Below, piece by piece: positions 9,101 through 19,065 of a DNA stretch of 64,000 bases (positions are counted from its first letter, which is position 1; every line of letters begins with the position of its first letter). The stretch is from Candidatus Microgenomates bacterium (GTDB lineage: Bacteria > Patescibacteriota > Microgenomatia > JACQLA01): NCBI GenBank assembly GCA_016204255.1, contig JACQLA010000003.1, positions 42,255-106,254 of the forward strand, read 5' to 3'. The position numbers and the translations under genes are program-made. The notes beneath the pieces are model-generated. The model saw only the letters and a program-made list of their open reading frames with translations, was not told the origin of the DNA and ran no database searches.

Positions 9101-9110
9101 TAAAAACATT

Positions 9111-11147
9111 ATGGATTTTAAACTTCATTCCGATTTTAAGCCGACGGGAGATCAGCCTGAGGCGATTGAAAAACTTGTGGCCGGAGTCAAACGCGGCTTT
9201 AAAAATCAGGTCCTTTTGGGTGTAACCGGCTCGGGTAAAACTTTTACTATTGCCAATGTCATCGCTCAAGTGCAAAAACCGGTGCTGGTGATTTCTCACA
9301 ATAAAACTCTTGCCGGCCAGCTTTATCAGGAATTCCACGAGTTCTTTCCTAAAAATGCCGTTTCATACTTCGTTTCCTATTACGATTATTATCAGCCCGA
9401 GGCGTATGTCCCGCAAACAGATACTTATATTGAAAAGGAAACGGAAATTAACGAAGAAATCGATAAATTACGATTGGCTGCCACAACCAACCTTTTAACC
9501 CGAAAAGATACGCTGGTTGTCGCCTCGGTTTCCTCGATTTATAACCTCGGCTCACCTGTTGAATATGGCCGTTTTATTATTGAACTCGGGCCAAAAATCT
9601 GGAAAGGAGGACTGCGAAATCTGCTTTATAAGCTGACTTATCTCCATTACGCCCGCAATGATTTTGATTTCAAAAGAGGAACTTTTCGCGTCCGGGGCGA
9701 TACTTTGGAGATTTTTCCGGCGTATGAAGATTCGGCTTTGCGACTTGATTTTTTGGGTGATGATCTTCAAAAGATGGAGCGATTTGACCCCATGACCGGA
9801 GAAAAAATCGAAGACTTAGAAAAAACCGTTATCTATCCGGCAAAACATTATATGACCAATCCGGATATTAAAGAAAAAGCAATGGAAGAGATTAAAAACG
9901 ATTTAAAAATTCGGCTTAAAGAACTTAAAAAAGGTGGCAAGCATTTGGAGGCTCACCGTTTGGAAACACGGACAAAATACGATTTAGAAATGATTAAAGA
10001 ATTTGGTTTTTGCCCGGGTATCGAAAATTATTCCCGTTATTTTGACGGCCGCCAACCCGGCGATCCGCCTTATACGTTATTAAATTACTACTCCGCCTCG
10101 TCTACGACGAGCCGAGGCGGGCCTGAGGATTATTTGTTAATCATCGACGAATCCCATCAGACAATTCCCCAGATAAGAGGAATGTACAATGGCGACCGCG
10201 CCCGCAAAGAAGTTTTGGCCGAATATGGTTTTCGCTTGCCTTCGGCTTTGGATAACCGGCCTTTGCGTTTTGAGGAGTTTTTAGAGCGGGTTGGGCAAGT
10301 AATTTATGTTTCCGCCACTCCTAATGATTGGGAAATCAACCTTGCCCGGAAAGAATCACCGGAGGCGATCGTTGAGCAGCTTATTCGTCCGACTGGACTT
10401 TTGGATCCCACAATTTTTATCCGTCCGACAAAAGGTCAGGTTGCGGATTTAACTCGCGAAATTGAAAAAAGAGCTAAAATGAAAGAGCGCGTTTTGGCAA
10501 CCACTTTGACTAAGCGCATGGCGGAAGAGCTGTCCAATTTTCTGGAAGAAAAAGGTATAAAAGTTCATTATCTCCATTCAGAAATTGAAACCTTAGACCG
10601 GGCTGATATTTTAGAGAGTCTAAGAAAAGGAGTTTATGATGTTATTGTCGGAATCAATCTTTTAAGAGAAGGGCTTGATTTACCGGAAGTTTCGCTGGTG
10701 GCTATTTTGGATGCGGATAAAGAAGGGTTTTTAAGATCCAAGACCTCACTTATTCAAGTTATGGGCCGGGCGGCACGAAATGTTAAGGGCGAAGTAATTA
10801 TGTACGCCGATCAAATCACCGGCTCAATGCAGGGGGCCATTGCAGAAATCGAAAGACGACGCAAGATCCAGGAAAAATATAATCTGGCGCACAAAATTAA
10901 GCCGGAAAGTATCCAAAAACCTCTTCGTCCCAGACTTGTTGATCGTCAGGAAAAAGTCCAAGCCATACCTATTGACCTTTATCTTGAAAAAGCAACCATT
11001 GGCACACTTTTGGCTGACGATAAGGAAAAGTTAATTAAGCATTTGACCAAAAAAATGAGGGAAGCCGCAAAGGTCCTGGACTTCGAAACCGCAGCTTTAA
11101 TTCGGGATCAGATTAAGATTTTGAAACATAACGGAGTTCATCTATAA
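9111..11147 (+). CDS. uvrB: excinuclease ABC subunit B
   Basis: It has the [12 protein letters not shown]-terminus, Walker A GVTGSGKT, the DESH box, helicase motifs and a C-terminal UVR domain. The start was moved from 8970 to the ATG at 9111 because the upstream part of the ORF runs through the palindromic element. Confidence 0.95.
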   Translation: MDFKLHSDFKPTGDQPEAIEKLVAGVKRGFKNQVLLGVTGSGKTFTIANVIAQVQKPVLVISHNKTLAGQLYQEFHEFFPKNAVSYFVSYYDYYQPEAYVPQTDTYIEKETEINEEIDKLRLAATTNLLTRKDTLVVASVSSIYNLGSPVEYGRFIIELGPKIWKGGLRNLLYKLTYLHYARNDFDFKRGTFRVRGDTLEIFPAYEDSALRLDFLGDDLQKMERFDPMTGEKIEDLEKTVIYPAKHYMTNPDIKEKAMEEIKNDLKIRLKELKKGGKHLEAHRLETRTKYDLEMIKEFGFCPGIENYSRYFDGRQPGDPPYTLLNYYSASSTTSRGGPEDYLLIIDESHQTIPQIRGMYNGDRARKEVLAEYGFRLPSALDNRPLRFEEFLERVGQVIYVSATPNDWEINLARKESPEAIVEQLIRPTGLLDPTIFIRPTKGQVADLTREIEKRAKMKERVLATTLTKRMAEELSNFLEEKGIKVHYLHSEIETLDRADILESLRKGVYDVIVGINLLREGLDLPEVSLVAILDADKEGFLRSKTSLIQVMGRAARNVKGEVIMYADQITGSMQGAIAEIERRRKIQEKYNLAHKIKPESIQKPLRPRLVDRQEKVQAIPIDLYLEKATIGTLLADDKEKLIKHLTKKMREAAKVLDFETAALIRDQIKILKHNGVHL

Positions 11148-11148
11148 T
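11121..11148 (+). promoter_or_regulatory. promoter TTGAAA-16 nt-TATAAT embedded in the last codons of uvrB; 6 nt separate the -10 box from the ATG at 11155
   Basis: TTGAAA lies at 11121-11126 and TATAAT at 11143-11148. Confidence 0.45.
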
Positions 11149-11154
11149 AGGTTC

Positions 11155-12177
11155 ATGACTGAAGATTCAAATTCAAACGGCCCACGAATAAGTCGAAGAA
11201 ATTTCTTAAAGGCTACCGGTTTGGCAATCGGGATGGCCGCAGTTTCACCTAAAGATTCCGCACAATTTTTGCGTGGCCTTATTCCGGAAAAAGTCAAAGA
11301 GGATCTTCTAAGTCCAGAAGAGCTAAAAAAGAATCGTATTAAAATTTATCAAACCCCCAAGACAGAACTTTATTTACGCAGAGGAGTATTAGAATTTCCA
11401 CTATTTAAGGCCGCGGCCGAGGGCAAGTTTGACGAGGTAGCTATTGTTCTCGTTGAACGCCACTCGCTCAATTATAGCGGCTACAAAACATTCCCGGAAG
11501 AACCAAGATTAATGTGGAAAGCCGCGCACGAAACCAAAAAATCTGAAGACTATGAAATCTCTAAAGTAAGTTCACATTATGAAGACGAAATTAAAAAGAG
11601 GGACGAGTGGGTTGAAACACTCCAGAAACTAATCAATCAGGATCCGCCCCTTCCTGAGAATATTGAAGCGGAATATAAAGAATGGATGAACGACTACCGG
11701 TCCCGACAGGAACTTTATCGGAAAATACTCCAGATGCTTGCAGAAAATCCGCAAAAAACCCTGGATTTTGTCTATGATGAAGTAGATGTGCGTTACGGAG
11801 GGATGATAAATGGCTCCGCCGGAGGTCCGGAATTTTTTAAAAAACATCCTGAGTTGGCCAAAAAGGTTTTTATCTATCTTGCAGTTGGAGGGCCACGGGC
11901 ACCTCGGCCGGAAGATTCTTATTTGGATCCAAGATTTCCGATGCCCCGAATACCAGGTTTTACCCTACGACATGAGATATCCCATTATAACTGGGACACC
12001 GGAGTCGTGCATTCCGAGAATGAGTCAGACTCAATGGCCTTTGACAGCATCATAAACGCTTTTAACAAATTTCGTCAAAATGAGGACACCAGCGGCTATC
12101 CATTTGTTTTTGTTAATAAACATGGGGTTACGGTAACCAAGCAGCTCGAGGATAAACAAAAGAGAAATCAGGTCTAA
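11155..12177 (+). CDS. twin-arginine-signal protein with an HExxH motif (putative secreted metallopeptidase-like protein)
   Basis: The N-terminus SRRNFLKATGLAIGMAAV matches the Tat consensus S/T-R-R-x-F-L-K followed by an h-region. HEISH occurs near the C-terminus. I recognise no family beyond this. Confidence 0.55.
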   Translation: MTEDSNSNGPRISRRNFLKATGLAIGMAAVSPKDSAQFLRGLIPEKVKEDLLSPEELKKNRIKIYQTPKTELYLRRGVLEFPLFKAAAEGKFDEVAIVLVERHSLNYSGYKTFPEEPRLMWKAAHETKKSEDYEISKVSSHYEDEIKKRDEWVETLQKLINQDPPLPENIEAEYKEWMNDYRSRQELYRKILQMLAENPQKTLDFVYDEVDVRYGGMINGSAGGPEFFKKHPELAKKVFIYLAVGGPRAPRPEDSYLDPRFPMPRIPGFTLRHEISHYNWDTGVVHSENESDSMAFDSIINAFNKFRQNEDTSGYPFVFVNKHGVTVTKQLEDKQKRNQV

Positions 12178-12178
12178 C

Positions 12179-12235
12179 AAAACCGCGGCCCTGATCCGCG
12201 ATCAAATAAAGATTATTCGGAATGGAAGTGAGTAG
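12179..12235 (+). pseudogene. orphan remnant of a uvrB 3' end (encodes [18 protein letters not shown])
   Basis: It translates to the same UVR-domain tail as the intact uvrB end at 11085-11147 ([20 protein letters not shown]). Across the 33 alignable nt, 25 are identical and all 8 differences are synonymous. Confidence 0.6.
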
Positions 12236-12257
12236 AGATTGACAAGTATTGTAAGAA

Positions 12258-12641
12258 TTGGAATACTGTGTATATAAAGTGAAAAAACTAAGGTCAGTTT
12301 TTATCTATTATCTTATCTTTTTTCTTCCATTTGCGTTGGCAGATCTAATTTATTCCTATTCCCAATCTTCCTGTGTCTCTTTACCCAATTGGTTGCATTA
12401 TCCCTTCTTTTATTACTTTTTGGTTTACGATATGGTGGATAATATTATGCTATTTTTAGTTTCGCTAGGTATACTTATAATTTTGGTGAGCGTGATATTA
12501 AAATTTTCAACCAAGGCGTATTACTCAAGATTGTTCTTCAGCGGAATTGTTGCGGTTCTACTTTATAGTTTCCTAAAATTGGTTACCGCTCTCTTTGGTA
12601 TCAGTATTGAATGCCCCCACACTTTACCGCTCCTTTATTAA
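12258..12641 (+). CDS. hypothetical small membrane protein
   Basis: 127-aa ORF with a TTG start, several hydrophobic helices and AT-rich sequence. The start is uncertain. Confidence 0.4.
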   Translation: MEYCVYKVKKLRSVFIYYLIFFLPFALADLIYSYSQSSCVSLPNWLHYPFFYYFLVYDMVDNIMLFLVSLGILIILVSVILKFSTKAYYSRLFFSGIVAVLLYSFLKLVTALFGISIECPHTLPLLY

Positions 12642-12703
12642 TTGCGGGTGTGGGATAAATTCATCCCTTTACACTCGTCCCGCCAAAATTTAAATAAATG
12701 CTA

Positions 12704-12730
12704 CCCTTCTATCTAACAAGGGCTTTTTTT
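12704..12730 (+). terminator. rho-independent terminator-like hairpin
   Basis: CCCTT (12704-12708) and AAGGG (12718-12722) form a stem that is followed by C and T7. Confidence 0.4.
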
Positions 12731-12740
12731 AGCTTCGATT

Positions 12741-12752
12741 TTGTGGTAAAAT
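12741..12752 (+). promoter_or_regulatory. extended -10 promoter element TTGTGGTAAAAT upstream of uvrA
   Basis: It is the identical 12-mer to 8999-9010. Confidence 0.45.
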
Positions 12753-12764
12753 AAGTGGTTCATT

Positions 12765-12862
12765 TGTCATTCTGAAGGCCGAAGAATCTGGCTTTTTGTG
12801 AAATTTAAACCGGGATTCTTCACTTCGCCATGATTTGATAGGGACTTCGTTCAGAATGACAA
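12765..12862. repeat. palindromic intergenic element (TGTCATTCTGAAGGCCGAAGAATC ... GATTCTTCACTTCG ... CTTCGTTCAGAATGACAA) in the uvrA leader
   Basis: The outer arms GTCATTCTGAA / TTCAGAATGAC and the inner arms GAAGAATC / GATTCTTC are reverse complements. Confidence 0.6.
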
Positions 12863-12891
12863 CAATATACTCAGGATGGCATAAAAAAACC

Positions 12892-15774
12892 ATGAACAAG
12901 ATCATAATCAAAGGCGCCAGAGTACACAATCTTAAAAATATTGACGTTGAAATCCCTAAAGACAAATTGGTTGTTTTTACCGGTATTTCCGGGTCGGGAA
13001 AATCTTCCCTGGCTTTTGATACGATTTATGCCGAGGGACAAAGACGATACGTTGAATCGCTTTCTGCCTATGCGCGCCAATTTCTGGGTGTAATGGACAA
13101 ACCCGATGTTGACCTGATCGAAGGTCTTTCGCCAGCGATTTCGATTGACCAAAAGTCCGGTTCCCACAACCCCCGATCAACTGTCGGCACCATCACCGAA
13201 ATTTATGATTTTTTACGTCTCCTTTTTGCCCGCGTGGGTCATCCGCATTGCCCTAATTGCGGCCGGGAAATTTCAAGCTTAAGCCGGGAGCAAATTATTA
13301 ATGCCTCTTTGTCACTGGGCGAAAAACGTAAGAAACCTCCGGTTAGAGTTTTGATCTTGGCCCCCCTTATCCGCGATAGGAAAGGCGAGTATCGTGATCT
13401 TTTTGAAGATTTGCGAAAAAAAGGATACCGCAGGGTCAGAGTTGACGGGCAGGTTTTTTCTTTGGATGAAGAGTTTGTTTTGCTTAAAACAAACAAACAT
13501 ACCATCGAGGCAGTTATCGACCGACTGATTCTGGACAAAAATCTGGATCGTTCCCGGCTTTCCCAATCGCTTGAAACAGCCTTAAAGCTCGGGGAGGGCG
13601 AGGTAATAGTTTCGGAAGTTTTAGACGCTTCGTTTGAATTCCCGGAAAAACCGAAAAAATTTGAGGAGCATCTTTTTTCAGAAAAATTTGCCTGTCCGGT
13701 CTGTAATATTTCAATTGCCCAAATTGAGCCACGGACATTTTCCTTTAACTCGCCTCACGGCGCCTGTCCGACTTGCTCCGGCATCGGCAATCTTTTAAAA
13801 GTTGATCCGGAGTTGATTCTTAACCCGCGACTTTCGATTTCCGAGGGAGGAATCCTGCCCTTTAGCCGTTTATTTGATCATGAAACCTGGTTTTCGCGAA
13901 TTCTAAAGGAGGCTTTTAAAACGCACGGGATTGATATCAAAAATTTGCTGGGGGCGTTGACTGATGAGCAGAGAAAGATCCTTCTTTATGGAACGGGAGA
14001 AGAAGTTTATACCGTGTCGGGACGGAATCGCTTTGGCCGCTCAACAACAGTCCGCGATGTCTATTTGGGCATAATTGCTGAGCTTGAACGACGTTATCAG
14101 GAAACCGACTCGGATTTTGTCAGGGCGGAAATTGAAAAATATATGCGTTGGGAAGTTTGTCCGCAGTGTCAGGGCGGCCGGCTTAAAAAAGAGGCACTGT
14201 CTATCACTATTGATGAAAAAACAATTGTTGATATCAGCAACTTCGCAATGGAGGATCTTGGGAATTGGCTGGAACAAATCTGGCATAAATTCAACGAGCG
14301 GGAAGAAACAATTGCCAAACCGATTTTTAAAGAGCTTAAAAGTCGGGTGAAATTTTTACTGGACGTCGGTCTGGATTATTTAACAATCGGGCGTTCCGCA
14401 GTTTCTCTGGCCGGAGGGGAGGCGCAAAGAATTCGACTTGCTTCCCAAATTGGATCCGGACTTTCGGGTGTTTTGTATGTTTTAGATGAACCATCAATAG
14501 GTTTACACCAGCGTGATAATCAACGATTGATCCATTCATTGCAAAACCTTCGGGAGCTGGGAAACACGGTGATTGTGGTTGAGCATGACCGGGAAATGAT
14601 GGAATCGGCTGATTGGATTTTCGATTTCGGCCCGGGAGCCGGAGAAAATGGTGGTAAAGTCATTGCCCAGGGGACGCCTAGTCAGATAAAAAGCGACCCC
14701 AATTCTTTAACCGGAAAATATCTATCGGAACAGAAGCAAATTGGGGCTCAAAGTTCGGAGCATTCCGGAACCACAAGACACAATCATTTGGTTATTTTAG
14801 GAGCCTCCGACCATAACCTTAAAAAAATTGATGTCACCTTTCCGTTGGGAAAACTTATTTGCATCACGGGCGTTTCCGGATCCGGCAAGTCAACTTTGAT
14901 TGTCGACACCTTATATCACGCATTAATGCTGCATTTTAATCCCTTCCACAAAGAAAAACCCGGTACCTGCAAAGGACTTTTAGGAGCGGAGAAACTAAAT
15001 AAAACGATTCTGATTGATCAATCGCCCATTGGCAGGACTCCTCGATCAAATCCGGCAACTTACACCGGCGCATTCACTTATATCCGTGATACTTTTGCTC
15101 AGACACAGGAAGCACGAATTAAAGGTTATAAACCCGGCCGGTTTTCTTTTAATGTTCGTGGCGGTCGTTGTGAAGCTTGTCAAGGAGAGGGACAAATTAA
15201 GATTGAGATGCAGTTTTTGCCGGACGTTTATGTGACCTGTGAGGTTTGCCAGGGCGCGCGTTATACCAGCGATGCACTAGAAGTTAATTATAAAGGAAAA
15301 AATATTGCCGATGTTTTACAAATGACGGTTGATGAGGCTACTGAGTTTTTTACCAATATTCCGCCCCTCCACACCAAATTACTGACGCTAAAGGAGGTTG
15401 GGTTGGGTTATATTCGATTGGGTCAACCGGCGCCTACTCTTTCCGGCGGTGAAGCCCAGAGAGTAAAGTTATCCGCTGAATTGAGTAAAAAATCCACCGG
15501 TCATACCCTTTATCTTTTAGATGAACCTACGACCGGTTTGCACTTTGCCGATTTAGAAAAACTTCTATATGTTCTGCGTCGTCTGGTTGCCAACGGCAAT
15601 ACAGTTTTAGTGATTGAGCATAATTTAGACATCATTAAAAATGCCGATTGGATTATTGATTTAGGTCCCGAAGGCGGAGACAAAGGAGGCCAGATAGTTG
15701 CCCAGGGAACACCAAAAGAGGTATCATTGAATGATAAGTCCTACACTGGCCAATTTTTGAAAAAGGTCTTGTAG
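12892..15774 (+). CDS. uvrA: excinuclease ABC subunit A
   Basis: It has the [27 protein letters not shown]-terminus, two ABC modules and zinc-finger CxxC pairs. The start was moved from 12835 to the ATG at 12892 because the upstream part is repeat-derived. Confidence 0.95.
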   Translation: MNKIIIKGARVHNLKNIDVEIPKDKLVVFTGISGSGKSSLAFDTIYAEGQRRYVESLSAYARQFLGVMDKPDVDLIEGLSPAISIDQKSGSHNPRSTVGTITEIYDFLRLLFARVGHPHCPNCGREISSLSREQIINASLSLGEKRKKPPVRVLILAPLIRDRKGEYRDLFEDLRKKGYRRVRVDGQVFSLDEEFVLLKTNKHTIEAVIDRLILDKNLDRSRLSQSLETALKLGEGEVIVSEVLDASFEFPEKPKKFEEHLFSEKFACPVCNISIAQIEPRTFSFNSPHGACPTCSGIGNLLKVDPELILNPRLSISEGGILPFSRLFDHETWFSRILKEAFKTHGIDIKNLLGALTDEQRKILLYGTGEEVYTVSGRNRFGRSTTVRDVYLGIIAELERRYQETDSDFVRAEIEKYMRWEVCPQCQGGRLKKEALSITIDEKTIVDISNFAMEDLGNWLEQIWHKFNEREETIAKPIFKELKSRVKFLLDVGLDYLTIGRSAVSLAGGEAQRIRLASQIGSGLSGVLYVLDEPSIGLHQRDNQRLIHSLQNLRELGNTVIVVEHDREMMESADWIFDFGPGAGENGGKVIAQGTPSQIKSDPNSLTGKYLSEQKQIGAQSSEHSGTTRHNHLVILGASDHNLKKIDVTFPLGKLICITGVSGSGKSTLIVDTLYHALMLHFNPFHKEKPGTCKGLLGAEKLNKTILIDQSPIGRTPRSNPATYTGAFTYIRDTFAQTQEARIKGYKPGRFSFNVRGGRCEACQGEGQIKIEMQFLPDVYVTCEVCQGARYTSDALEVNYKGKNIADVLQMTVDEATEFFTNIPPLHTKLLTLKEVGLGYIRLGQPAPTLSGGEAQRVKLSAELSKKSTGHTLYLLDEPTTGLHFADLEKLLYVLRRLVANGNTVLVIEHNLDIIKNADWIIDLGPEGGDKGGQIVAQGTPKEVSLNDKSYTGQFLKKVL

Positions 15775-15801
15775 TTGTTGCTGGTTAGCAGGATCATCTG
15801 T

Positions 15802-17637
15802 ATGAAATTTTGGAAAATTGCCCTTTCCCTTTTTTGCTCTTTATTTCTTTTTTTAGGTCTTTATTCTTCGGTGCTGGCTGAAGAAAGCTCAAGCAAAGCC
15901 TACACCGTTACTTACGAGGTTGTTGAAAGCGGGCAAACGACCGTTACCTACCAAATCGCCCTCACCAATTTAAGTACGCAAACGTTTACCACCGGCTACG
16001 GGATTACTTTATACTCAACCCAAATTTCCGACGTTCGGGCTGCCGATCGGTTGGGCCTAATTCAGCCGGAAGTAACCAAGGATGATGAAAAAACAGAAAT
16101 CAAATTTAATTTCAACGATGTCGTTGTCGGCAAAGGCCGGGTTTTGAATTTTACTTTTTCATTTAAGACACCGGAAATCGCCAACAAAAGCGGACGCATT
16201 TGGGAAATCAATATTCCCGCTAAAGATGAGGAAAGCTCCGTTACGCGGTATGATGTGATATTAAAAGTACCCCCAAGTTTTGGGAAACCGGCATATCTTT
16301 CTCCTCAGCCCATCCAAGGTCTTTTATGGTCAAAAGAACAGGTTAAAGGTGGGATTACCGCAGCCTTTGGTCAATATCAGATCTCAAACTTTATACTTAA
16401 CTATCATTTGAAAAATCCACAAACCCGGCCGGTATACACCGAAATTACTCTCCCTTCAGATACGGCTTACCAGCGGATAAAGTTTAATGTAATTAAGCCC
16501 GAGCCCATATCACTGCGCGTGGATGAAGACGGAAACTGGCTGGCGCGATACAATCTTGATCCGAAGGAAAAACTTAATATTCAAGTCTCCGGCCTTGTCA
16601 AACTTAGTTATATTCCAGACCCAACTTATCAAACTAAGCACGCCGATCTTAAAAGATATCTTGAAAAGCAAGAATATTGGGAGTCGGATGATGAGCAAAT
16701 TAAAAAATTAGCGCGCGAGCTTAAAATCCCCCGGGCAATCTATGACTATGTCGTATCAACGCTTGAATACAGTTACGATAAGGCTCTTAAAGGAGACAAG
16801 CGTCAGGGCGCAAAAAAAGCCATCGAAAAATCTGATTGGGCGGTTTGCATGGAATTTACCGATCTTTTTATAGCTTTAGCCCGGGCCGCCGGGATCCCTG
16901 CCCGCGAGGTGGACGGATTTGCCTATACCACCAACTCGAAGTTACGCCCTCTTTCACTGGAAAATGATGTTTTGCATACCTGGCCTGAATATTGGGATGA
17001 GGAGAAAAAAATCTGGATAATGGTTGATCCGACATGGGCGGATACAACCGGCGGCATTAATTATTTTGATAAACTTGATTTTAATCATTTTGCGCTTGCC
17101 ATTAAAGGTCTTTCTTCGGAGACACCCTTTCCGGCTGGAACCTATAAAATCGATGGTAGTGAAGGTAAGGACGTTACAGTTGAACCTTCGAATCAGGAGT
17201 GGACGGAGGAAAAAACTGACCTCGATGTTAATTTTAACCTGCCTAAAACCATTCTTTCCGGAATCACTTTGGGGGGATCAGTTTCGGTTACCAATAAGGG
17301 GAGTACGGCGATTTATAATAAACAACTGGAAATTGTCTCTTCAGATTTACCGATTGAAAATCAGACTAAGGTAATTAAATCACTGGCCCCAATGGAGACT
17401 ATCGATATTCCCTTTAGGTTTCCCGGCTCGGGATTGTTTAACGGAATTGAAAATACCGTGATGTTAAAAATTGATGGGCAGCAATTTGAAAAGAAAATAC
17501 AGGTTGCACCTTTGGGGTGGGTGGCAATCGCCTCGCTCGGGAGTATTCTTGGTATTTTTACATCAGCCGCTCTTTTAATTAGAAGGAGACGGCAAAAGAA
17601 GTATAATGGCACTACACAAATCGCAGATACAGTATAA
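15802..17637 (+). CDS. transglutaminase-like domain surface protein (N-terminal signal, C-terminal TM anchor)
   Basis: The core WAVCMEFTDLFIALARAAGIPAREVDGF is typical of transglutaminase-like cysteine proteases. It has a signal-like N-terminus from the ATG at 15802 and a C-terminal TM followed by RRRRQKK. Confidence 0.7.
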   Translation: MKFWKIALSLFCSLFLFLGLYSSVLAEESSSKAYTVTYEVVESGQTTVTYQIALTNLSTQTFTTGYGITLYSTQISDVRAADRLGLIQPEVTKDDEKTEIKFNFNDVVVGKGRVLNFTFSFKTPEIANKSGRIWEINIPAKDEESSVTRYDVILKVPPSFGKPAYLSPQPIQGLLWSKEQVKGGITAAFGQYQISNFILNYHLKNPQTRPVYTEITLPSDTAYQRIKFNVIKPEPISLRVDEDGNWLARYNLDPKEKLNIQVSGLVKLSYIPDPTYQTKHADLKRYLEKQEYWESDDEQIKKLARELKIPRAIYDYVVSTLEYSYDKALKGDKRQGAKKAIEKSDWAVCMEFTDLFIALARAAGIPAREVDGFAYTTNSKLRPLSLENDVLHTWPEYWDEEKKIWIMVDPTWADTTGGINYFDKLDFNHFALAIKGLSSETPFPAGTYKIDGSEGKDVTVEPSNQEWTEEKTDLDVNFNLPKTILSGITLGGSVSVTNKGSTAIYNKQLEIVSSDLPIENQTKVIKSLAPMETIDIPFRFPGSGLFNGIENTVMLKIDGQQFEKKIQVAPLGWVAIASLGSILGIFTSAALLIRRRRQKKYNGTTQIADTV

Positions 17638-17772
17638 TCCGTTACCCAAGCCGCAAGCGTAGTATAATTAGGACATAAACTGTCAGAAATATAATTTTCT
17701 ACTGCCCCTGCCGAAATCTGGCGCTTCAATCCAAAGTTCAAAAACAAAAATATAACCCGTTTTAGGTATAAA

Positions 17773-19062
17773 ATGAATCGAGAAGAGAAGATTAATCAGC
17801 TGCCGGATAAACCCGGAGTCTATCTGTTAAAAGATAAAAACCAGGTTATTGTCTACGTGGGGAAAGCGATCAATATTAAAAATCGTGTGCGTTCCCATTT
17901 TCAAAAAACAGCCACCCCTTTTTTACCAAAGCAGAAAATGTTGGTCGCACAGGTCAAATATATAGACTCGGTAGTGGTGGAATCGGAAATCGAGGCCCTG
18001 CTTTTAGAGGCGGAGTTGATCAAAAAATACCGGCCACGATTCAACACGAGATTAAAGGACGATAAAAGCTACCTTTATATAAAGATAACGGTCAATGAAG
18101 ACTTTCCGCAGGTTTTAACTGCCAGAAGAGAAAAATTACCGGGAGTACAGTACTTCGGTCCCTTTCCCTCGGCTAAAACGGTCAGAAATACCCTGCGGTC
18201 GCTGCGACATATTTTTCCATACTGTAATTGTAATTTTAAAATTTGCCAAAAACGCCAAAGTTGTCTTTGGACGGAACTAGGTCTTGATGCCGGTCCCTGT
18301 ATCGGCAAGATCAGTAAGGCCGACTACCGAGAAATTATTAAACATCTTATTTTATTACTTTCAGGAAAAAAGGAAAAATTACTACGAGAATTAAACAAAG
18401 CAATGCAGGCCGCGGCTAAAAAAGAAGATTTTGAGCACGCCCAAGTACTTAAAAAACAGATCGAGGGTATTGGATATATAACTCGCCCCTATAGTTCTCC
18501 CAATCAATATCTTGAGTATCCGGAGCTGCGGGCCCAAAGGCGGGAAAAAGAGCTAATCGAACTTAAAAAGGCACTAAACCTTCCTAAAATCCCCGAGCGG
18601 ATTGAATGTTTTGATATTTCCAACATCATGGGAAAAGAAGCAACCGGTTCAATGGTGGTTTTTACCCGGGGAGAGCCGGATAAAAGTCAATATCGGCGTT
18701 TTAAAATACGCCTTGAGGGCAGACCGGATGATGTGGCAATGATGAAGGAAATAATCAAAAGACGCCTTAAACACCCAGAATGGCCTTTACCGGATCTTTT
18801 GGTTGTTGATGGAGGAAAAGGGCAGGTGTCTGCAGTATTGGAAGTATTAAACGGTATGAATATAAAAATCCCACTTATAGGGCTGGCTAAAAGACTTGAA
18901 GAAATAATCGCTCGCGATGAAAAATTGGTTTTTAGCTCCTTAAAGCTCCCCAAGGACTCTCCCGCACTCCATATCTTACAAGCTATTCGCGACGAGGCGC
19001 ACCGTTTTGCCATTGCCTATCATCGCAGGCTTCGGATTAAAGGCTTTTTGGGTCAAACTTAA
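17773..19062 (+). CDS. uvrC: excinuclease ABC subunit C, short form (no C-terminal HhH2 domain)
   Basis: It has a GIY-YIG N-terminus (GVYLLKD..VYVGKA..NRVRSHF), a UVR domain (EDFEHAQVLKKQIEGI) and an endonuclease domain ending DEAHRFAIAYHRRLR. It is only 429 aa. Confidence 0.9.
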   Translation: MNREEKINQLPDKPGVYLLKDKNQVIVYVGKAINIKNRVRSHFQKTATPFLPKQKMLVAQVKYIDSVVVESEIEALLLEAELIKKYRPRFNTRLKDDKSYLYIKITVNEDFPQVLTARREKLPGVQYFGPFPSAKTVRNTLRSLRHIFPYCNCNFKICQKRQSCLWTELGLDAGPCIGKISKADYREIIKHLILLLSGKKEKLLRELNKAMQAAAKKEDFEHAQVLKKQIEGIGYITRPYSSPNQYLEYPELRAQRREKELIELKKALNLPKIPERIECFDISNIMGKEATGSMVVFTRGEPDKSQYRRFKIRLEGRPDDVAMMKEIIKRRLKHPEWPLPDLLVVDGGKGQVSAVLEVLNGMNIKIPLIGLAKRLEEIIARDEKLVFSSLKLPKDSPALHILQAIRDEAHRFAIAYHRRLRIKGFLGQT

Positions 19063-19065
19063 ATT

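Noticed and set aside
8970-9110. The listed uvrB ORF starts at 8970, adding 47 aa at the N-terminus.
   Set aside because: The extension is a translation of the promoter and palindromic element. The conserved UvrB N-terminus ([19 protein letters not shown]) begins at the ATG at 9111.
12729-12965. A 78-aa minus-strand ORF, plus the uvrA ORF start at 12835.
   Set aside because: Both run through the GTCATTCTGA..TCAGAATGAC element. UvrA homology starts at [14 protein letters not shown] (ATG at 12892). The minus-strand ORF is antisense to uvrA and to the repeat.
17640-17772. GGTATAAAATG directly at the uvrC start, considered as a promoter.
   Set aside because: The -10-like box abuts the ATG with a 0-1-nt gap, so it cannot drive this start codon. 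The TAGTATAAT at about 17663-17671 is a possible alternative but is unsupported.
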